Source of the DNA: Enterobacter phage EC-F2
Reading direction: 5' to 3' (one strand)
Sequence record: MN508624.2
DNA: 64,000 nucleotides
This document shows, one piece after another, positions 60,828 through 64,000 of this stretch. Positions within the stretch are counted from its first letter, which is position 1, and the number at the start of each line of letters is the position of its first letter. Under the pieces are notes generated by a model, which worked only from the letters and a program-made list of their open reading frames with translations, was not told the DNA's origin and ran no database searches. The position numbers were made by a program, and so were the translations under genes.

Positions 60828-61751
60828 ATGATTACTAACAACCCTGAACAACTGAAAGATGAAATTCTTCGTCGTCTGGGCGCACCAATCATCAAAATCG
60901 AAATCACACAAGACCAGATTTATGACTGCATTCAACGTGCTCTCGATTTATACGCAGAATATCATTACAATGGTACGAATAAAAGTTATATTATTCTGAC
61001 CCTGGGTGAAGATAACCCGCGTAACGTGTTCGATTTAAGCAAAGAGCATATTTTCGCGATCACAAAAGTATTGCGTACAAACATGGGTTCACTGACCACG
61101 ATGGACGGTACAGCGGTTTATCCGTGGTTTACCGATTTCCTGATGGGGCTTACTGGTGGTTCTCTGGGCGGTCGATGTGCATCAAGCGTTTATGGTATGA
61201 ACGCATACGGGGCGGATATGGGTTACTTTACCCAAATGATGTCTTACCAACGTTCAATGCAAGACCTGCTGGCTCCGTTGCCTGATTACTGGTTCAACGA
61301 TGATACTGGTCAGTTCTGCGCATGGGGGCAAGTTAACACTGGGGATATTCTTGTTCTCGAAGCGATGGTTCGTTCTTTCGTCGATGTTCCGAGTTCCGTA
61401 GGAAGCATCGCAGGATACGCCACAGCGGGTTCTAACGCAGTGGAAGACCAATCCATAGCCGACATATACGATAACCCTTACAACAGCGTTGTGGGTGGTG
61501 TACGCGCGGGACAGGGTTCAACTGTTACTGGTGGAACGTCTGCATATAACAACCGCTGGGTAAAAGACTACTCTACAGCACTGGTCAAAGAGATCAACGG
61601 ACAAATTCTGGCTAAATTCCAGGGGATGCAATTACCTGGAGGTGTTTCTCCAGATGGTACACGATTGATTCAGGAAGCAGAAACCAAACTACAAGGTCTT
61701 CGCGATGAACTGATCTCGATGTCCGACGCAATCCCGATTATTATGGTGTAG
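60828..61751 (+). CDS. 13: neck protein gp13
   Basis: 307 aa (T4 gp13 is 309 aa) in the conserved position after wac. Confidence 0.65.
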   Translation: MITNNPEQLKDEILRRLGAPIIKIEITQDQIYDCIQRALDLYAEYHYNGTNKSYIILTLGEDNPRNVFDLSKEHIFAITKVLRTNMGSLTTMDGTAVYPWFTDFLMGLTGGSLGGRCASSVYGMNAYGADMGYFTQMMSYQRSMQDLLAPLPDYWFNDDTGQFCAWGQVNTGDILVLEAMVRSFVDVPSSVGSIAGYATAGSNAVEDQSIADIYDNPYNSVVGGVRAGQGSTVTGGTSAYNNRWVKDYSTALVKEINGQILAKFQGMQLPGGVSPDGTRLIQEAETKLQGLRDELISMSDAIPIIMV

Positions 61752-61759
61752 GGGGAATA

Positions 61760-62506
61760 ATGCAAAAATGGGATGAAAATTTATTCGCTCAGTTATCTAC
61801 GGGTGAAGGTGTTGACCGAAATTTAAAGGAAAACGTCACTAACCCGTATGTAAACTGGTACAAATATAATCCGACACAACAGCTACATGATTCATTGACC
61901 GCTGAATCAATCCAGATGAAATCGCCTGATATGTATTACGTCCGGCGTGACTTCGTGAATATTGATAAGATTCTTGGAGAAGACCGAGAATCTAAATTTA
62001 CGAAGTCATGGAAAATTGCTGCGTATATTGAATCGTATGCCAACTATGAAGGGCAACGAGATTTCTTTAGTAAATTTGGTTTGAACTCAAACGATGAAAT
62101 GACGCTGGTAATAAATCCTCGTTTGTTCGCACATCAAACTGATGGTGGTATTCCTGTTCTGGGGGATTTGATTTATTTCCCTATGGATAATAGCCTTTTT
62201 GAAGTTACATGGGTAGAAGCCGATCCGTTCTATCAGTTCGGTGATCGTCCTCAACGTAAAATCAACCTGGCGAAATTCATCTACACTGGTGAAGAACTGG
62301 CTCCTGAATTGCAGCGAAATGAAGGAATCCATATTGAACCTGATGCAGAACTGGATCTCGAACCGATTCGAAATCTCGATGGACTAGCGGATATTAACAT
62401 TGAACAGTACGAAGAAGACAAAGTATTTGAAAGAGAAGGTGAGGAATTCATCGAATCTTTTGATGTTGTCAACGGACGCGGTTCACCGTTTGCAAGTCTG
62501 CCATAA
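61760..62506 (+). CDS. 14: neck protein gp14
   Basis: 248 aa (T4 gp14 is 256 aa) in the conserved position. Confidence 0.65.
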   Translation: MQKWDENLFAQLSTGEGVDRNLKENVTNPYVNWYKYNPTQQLHDSLTAESIQMKSPDMYYVRRDFVNIDKILGEDRESKFTKSWKIAAYIESYANYEGQRDFFSKFGLNSNDEMTLVINPRLFAHQTDGGIPVLGDLIYFPMDNSLFEVTWVEADPFYQFGDRPQRKINLAKFIYTGEELAPELQRNEGIHIEPDAELDLEPIRNLDGLADINIEQYEEDKVFEREGEEFIESFDVVNGRGSPFASLP

Positions 62507-62558
62507 ATACGTTATATGGGTATAGGCGGAAGTCTATACCCTCTTCGAAGAGGATTTT

Positions 62559-63173
62559 ATGATATACACAAAACTTAAAGAATGGTTGCCTCATGATCTA
62601 TACGTTGAGTATGTTGATATCATAAAGGCTTCTCCAAAAACTGAACACACAGAAAAACATCATATATTACCACGTTCTTTATTTCCTGAATTCGAACACG
62701 AACCGGAAAATTTAGTAGAACTTGATATAATGAAGCATTTGATGGCCCATAGGACATTAGCAAAAACCAATGATCCTAAAATGATTCTTGCGTTCTTCAT
62801 GATGTTCACCTATGAACACAAACGCTATTCATCATTATCTGAACAAGAACAGCAGTTCATTCTTGAAGAAAAGACAAAGGCGAGAAAAGCAATGCGCATT
62901 GTTAAAAAAGAACAGATGAAAGGCAAACATGACGGTAAAAACAACCCATTTTACGGGAAAACCCATACCGACGAATTCAGAAAAAGAATTGGTGCTGTTC
63001 ATAAAGGAAAGAAGCTATCACCAGAACATATAGCAAGTCTCGTTGCTGCTCACAAAGGCAAAAAACGAGAAAAGGTACAATGCCCCCATTGTGGGATAAT
63101 GTGCGCCGCTAATACAGCGAAGCGCTGGCACTTTGATAACTGTAAGTCTGGACGCGTCCAGCAGGGGGATTAG
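62559..63173 (+). mobile_element. free-standing HNH homing endonuclease with NUMOD3-type DNA-binding repeats (Mob-like), inserted between gp14 and gp15
   Basis: The HNH core reads HHILPRSLFPEFEHEPENLVELDIMKHLMAH. NUMOD3-like repeats follow: NNPFYGKTHTDEFRKRIGAVHKGKKLSPEHIASLVAAHKGKK. The 3' end has the Cys cluster CPHCG...C...C. Confidence 0.65.
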
Positions 63174-63224
63174 AAAATTTTTGGCTACTGGTATAATAGT
63201 TCGCTGCGTAACTACATTGTTCTT

Positions 63225-63998
63225 ATGGGACAATTGTTTAACCATGTTCAGGTTAAAAGAGTACGCGGCGATCAAGAAAAATACATAAAGGTTCCGATCA
63301 CCTATGCATCGAAAGAGAAGTTTCTCGCTTCCATGAACAAACTTAACTACACGTTGAGTCAGGAAAACGTTGCTAAAACGGAAACGATTTTACCGCGCAT
63401 GAACTTATCACTGGTGGATCTGCAATATAACGCAATCCGTAAAACCAGTATCGCGGTCAACCAAAAAATGACACAGTTAGCAACCCCACGAAAAACGATC
63501 ACACAGTTTAACCCTGTGCCATATCGTCTGATTTTCGAACTGGGTGTGTATACGCTATATGAAGATGATATGTTCCAGATCGCAGAACAGATTTTGCCAT
63601 ATTTTCAACCGCATTTCAACTGTAAGATTACCGAACTGCATAAGAACGATATCACAGTTGACCGAGACATCAAAATCAGTCTCCAATCGGTTGCGCCGGA
63701 TACCACATTCGAGGGCGATGCAAATCAACGCCGTCATGTTGAGTGGTCATTTATGTTTGAATTACAGGGTTATCTGTACCCGCCTGTAACTGATGTCAAA
63801 GGCGAAATCAGAACCGTTTACACGGATTTCTTCGCTAACATAAACCCGTTAGATAAAGATAACTTTGAATCCGTAGATAGTCAAGTTGATCCGGTAGATT
63901 TGCCTATGCAGGACTACACGGGCGAAGAATATATTCAGACGTACTCGCACGATAAGCCGATCCCGTCTGGTGATGAACCTCCTAAGCCGAGGGAATGA
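63225..63998 (+). CDS. 15: tail sheath stabiliser / tail terminator gp15
   Basis: FNHVQVKRVRGDQEKYIKVPITYASKEKFLASMNKL...ETILPRMNLSLVDLQYNA...DMFQIAEQILPYFQPHFN is collinear with T4 gp15 (FSNIQIKRQLESGDKFIRVPITYASKEHFMMKLNKW...ETILPRINLHLVDFSYNA...DMFQIVEQILPYFQPHFN). Confidence 0.9.
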   Translation: MGQLFNHVQVKRVRGDQEKYIKVPITYASKEKFLASMNKLNYTLSQENVAKTETILPRMNLSLVDLQYNAIRKTSIAVNQKMTQLATPRKTITQFNPVPYRLIFELGVYTLYEDDMFQIAEQILPYFQPHFNCKITELHKNDITVDRDIKISLQSVAPDTTFEGDANQRRHVEWSFMFELQGYLYPPVTDVKGEIRTVYTDFFANINPLDKDNFESVDSQVDPVDLPMQDYTGEEYIQTYSHDKPIPSGDEPPKPRE

Positions 63999-64000
63999 AA

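Noticed and set aside
1-64000. tRNA, rRNA and CRISPR arrays.
   Set aside because: I could not identify any intergenic space of 70-90 nt with cloverleaf-like features or a GTTCGA(A/T)TC T-loop outside coding sequence. There are no repeat-spacer arrays. T4-type phages keep their tRNA cluster elsewhere in the genome. I cannot exclude a tRNA without a dedicated scan.

Overview
This window is from a T4-like (Tevenvirinae-type) myophage genome, but not T4 itself: it carries a C5-cytosine methyltransferase and looks more GC-rich than T4 by eye. All calls rest on reading the six-frame translations, motif recognition and T4 gene order; nothing was searched against a database. The window has four parts. 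(1) Bases 1-2990 on the plus strand hold a baseplate hub/tube module: gp48 (C-terminal part, running off the window edge), gp54, gp51, gp26 and gp25. (2) Bases 2985-39500, almost all on the minus strand, form a hyperplastic early/accessory region of about 37 kb with roughly 90 small ORFs. It is punctuated by at least six repeated promoter-early-stem-loop (PeSL-type) cassettes. Recognisable genes there include a Dcm-like methyltransferase, a polymerase-beta-type nucleotidyltransferase, a bifunctional NMN-adenylyltransferase/Nudix protein (NatV-like), a macro-domain protein, two Nudix-type proteins and a 2H phosphoesterase at the position of T4 57B (Acb1). It also holds a 748-aa vWA/MIDAS protein flanked by a duplicated gene pair, an SPFH/band-7 protein, thymidine kinase, a PIN-PhoH fusion, two HNH-AP2 homing endonucleases and a signal-peptide lytic transglycosylase. 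Other products are a peptidase M15, a DUF262/ParB-like protein, a Cys-rich radical-SAM-like protein, several periplasmic or lipoprotein-like small proteins, and many zinc-ribbon or transmembrane mini-proteins. (3) Bases 39554-41040 on the minus strand carry gp57A, gp1 (dNMP kinase) and gp3. (4) Bases 41040-63998 are the late structural module. It starts with a palindrome-rich divergent intergenic region. Next comes an internal-head-protein gene whose N-terminus matches the T4 capsid-targeting sequence. Then follow gp2 and gp4 (minus), gp53, gp5 and an unexpected 695-aa ORF between gp5 and gp6. After that come gp6, gp7, gp8, gp9, gp10, gp11, gp12, a fibritin (wac) with tandem Ig-like domains, gp13 and gp14. 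A free-standing HNH/NUMOD homing endonuclease sits between gp14 and gp15. I saw no tRNA, rRNA or CRISPR array. The most interesting observations are the PeSL cassette family and the duplicated 'MKIRSGFVSNSSSSSFI' genes bracketing the vWA block. A possible NAD/ADP-ribose/cyclic-nucleotide counter-defence gene set (NatV, macro, Nudix, Acb1-like, nucleotidyltransferase) is also of interest. So are the CTS-bearing internal protein, the large unknown ORF inserted after the baseplate spike gene, and the CTAAATA-type late promoter variants.
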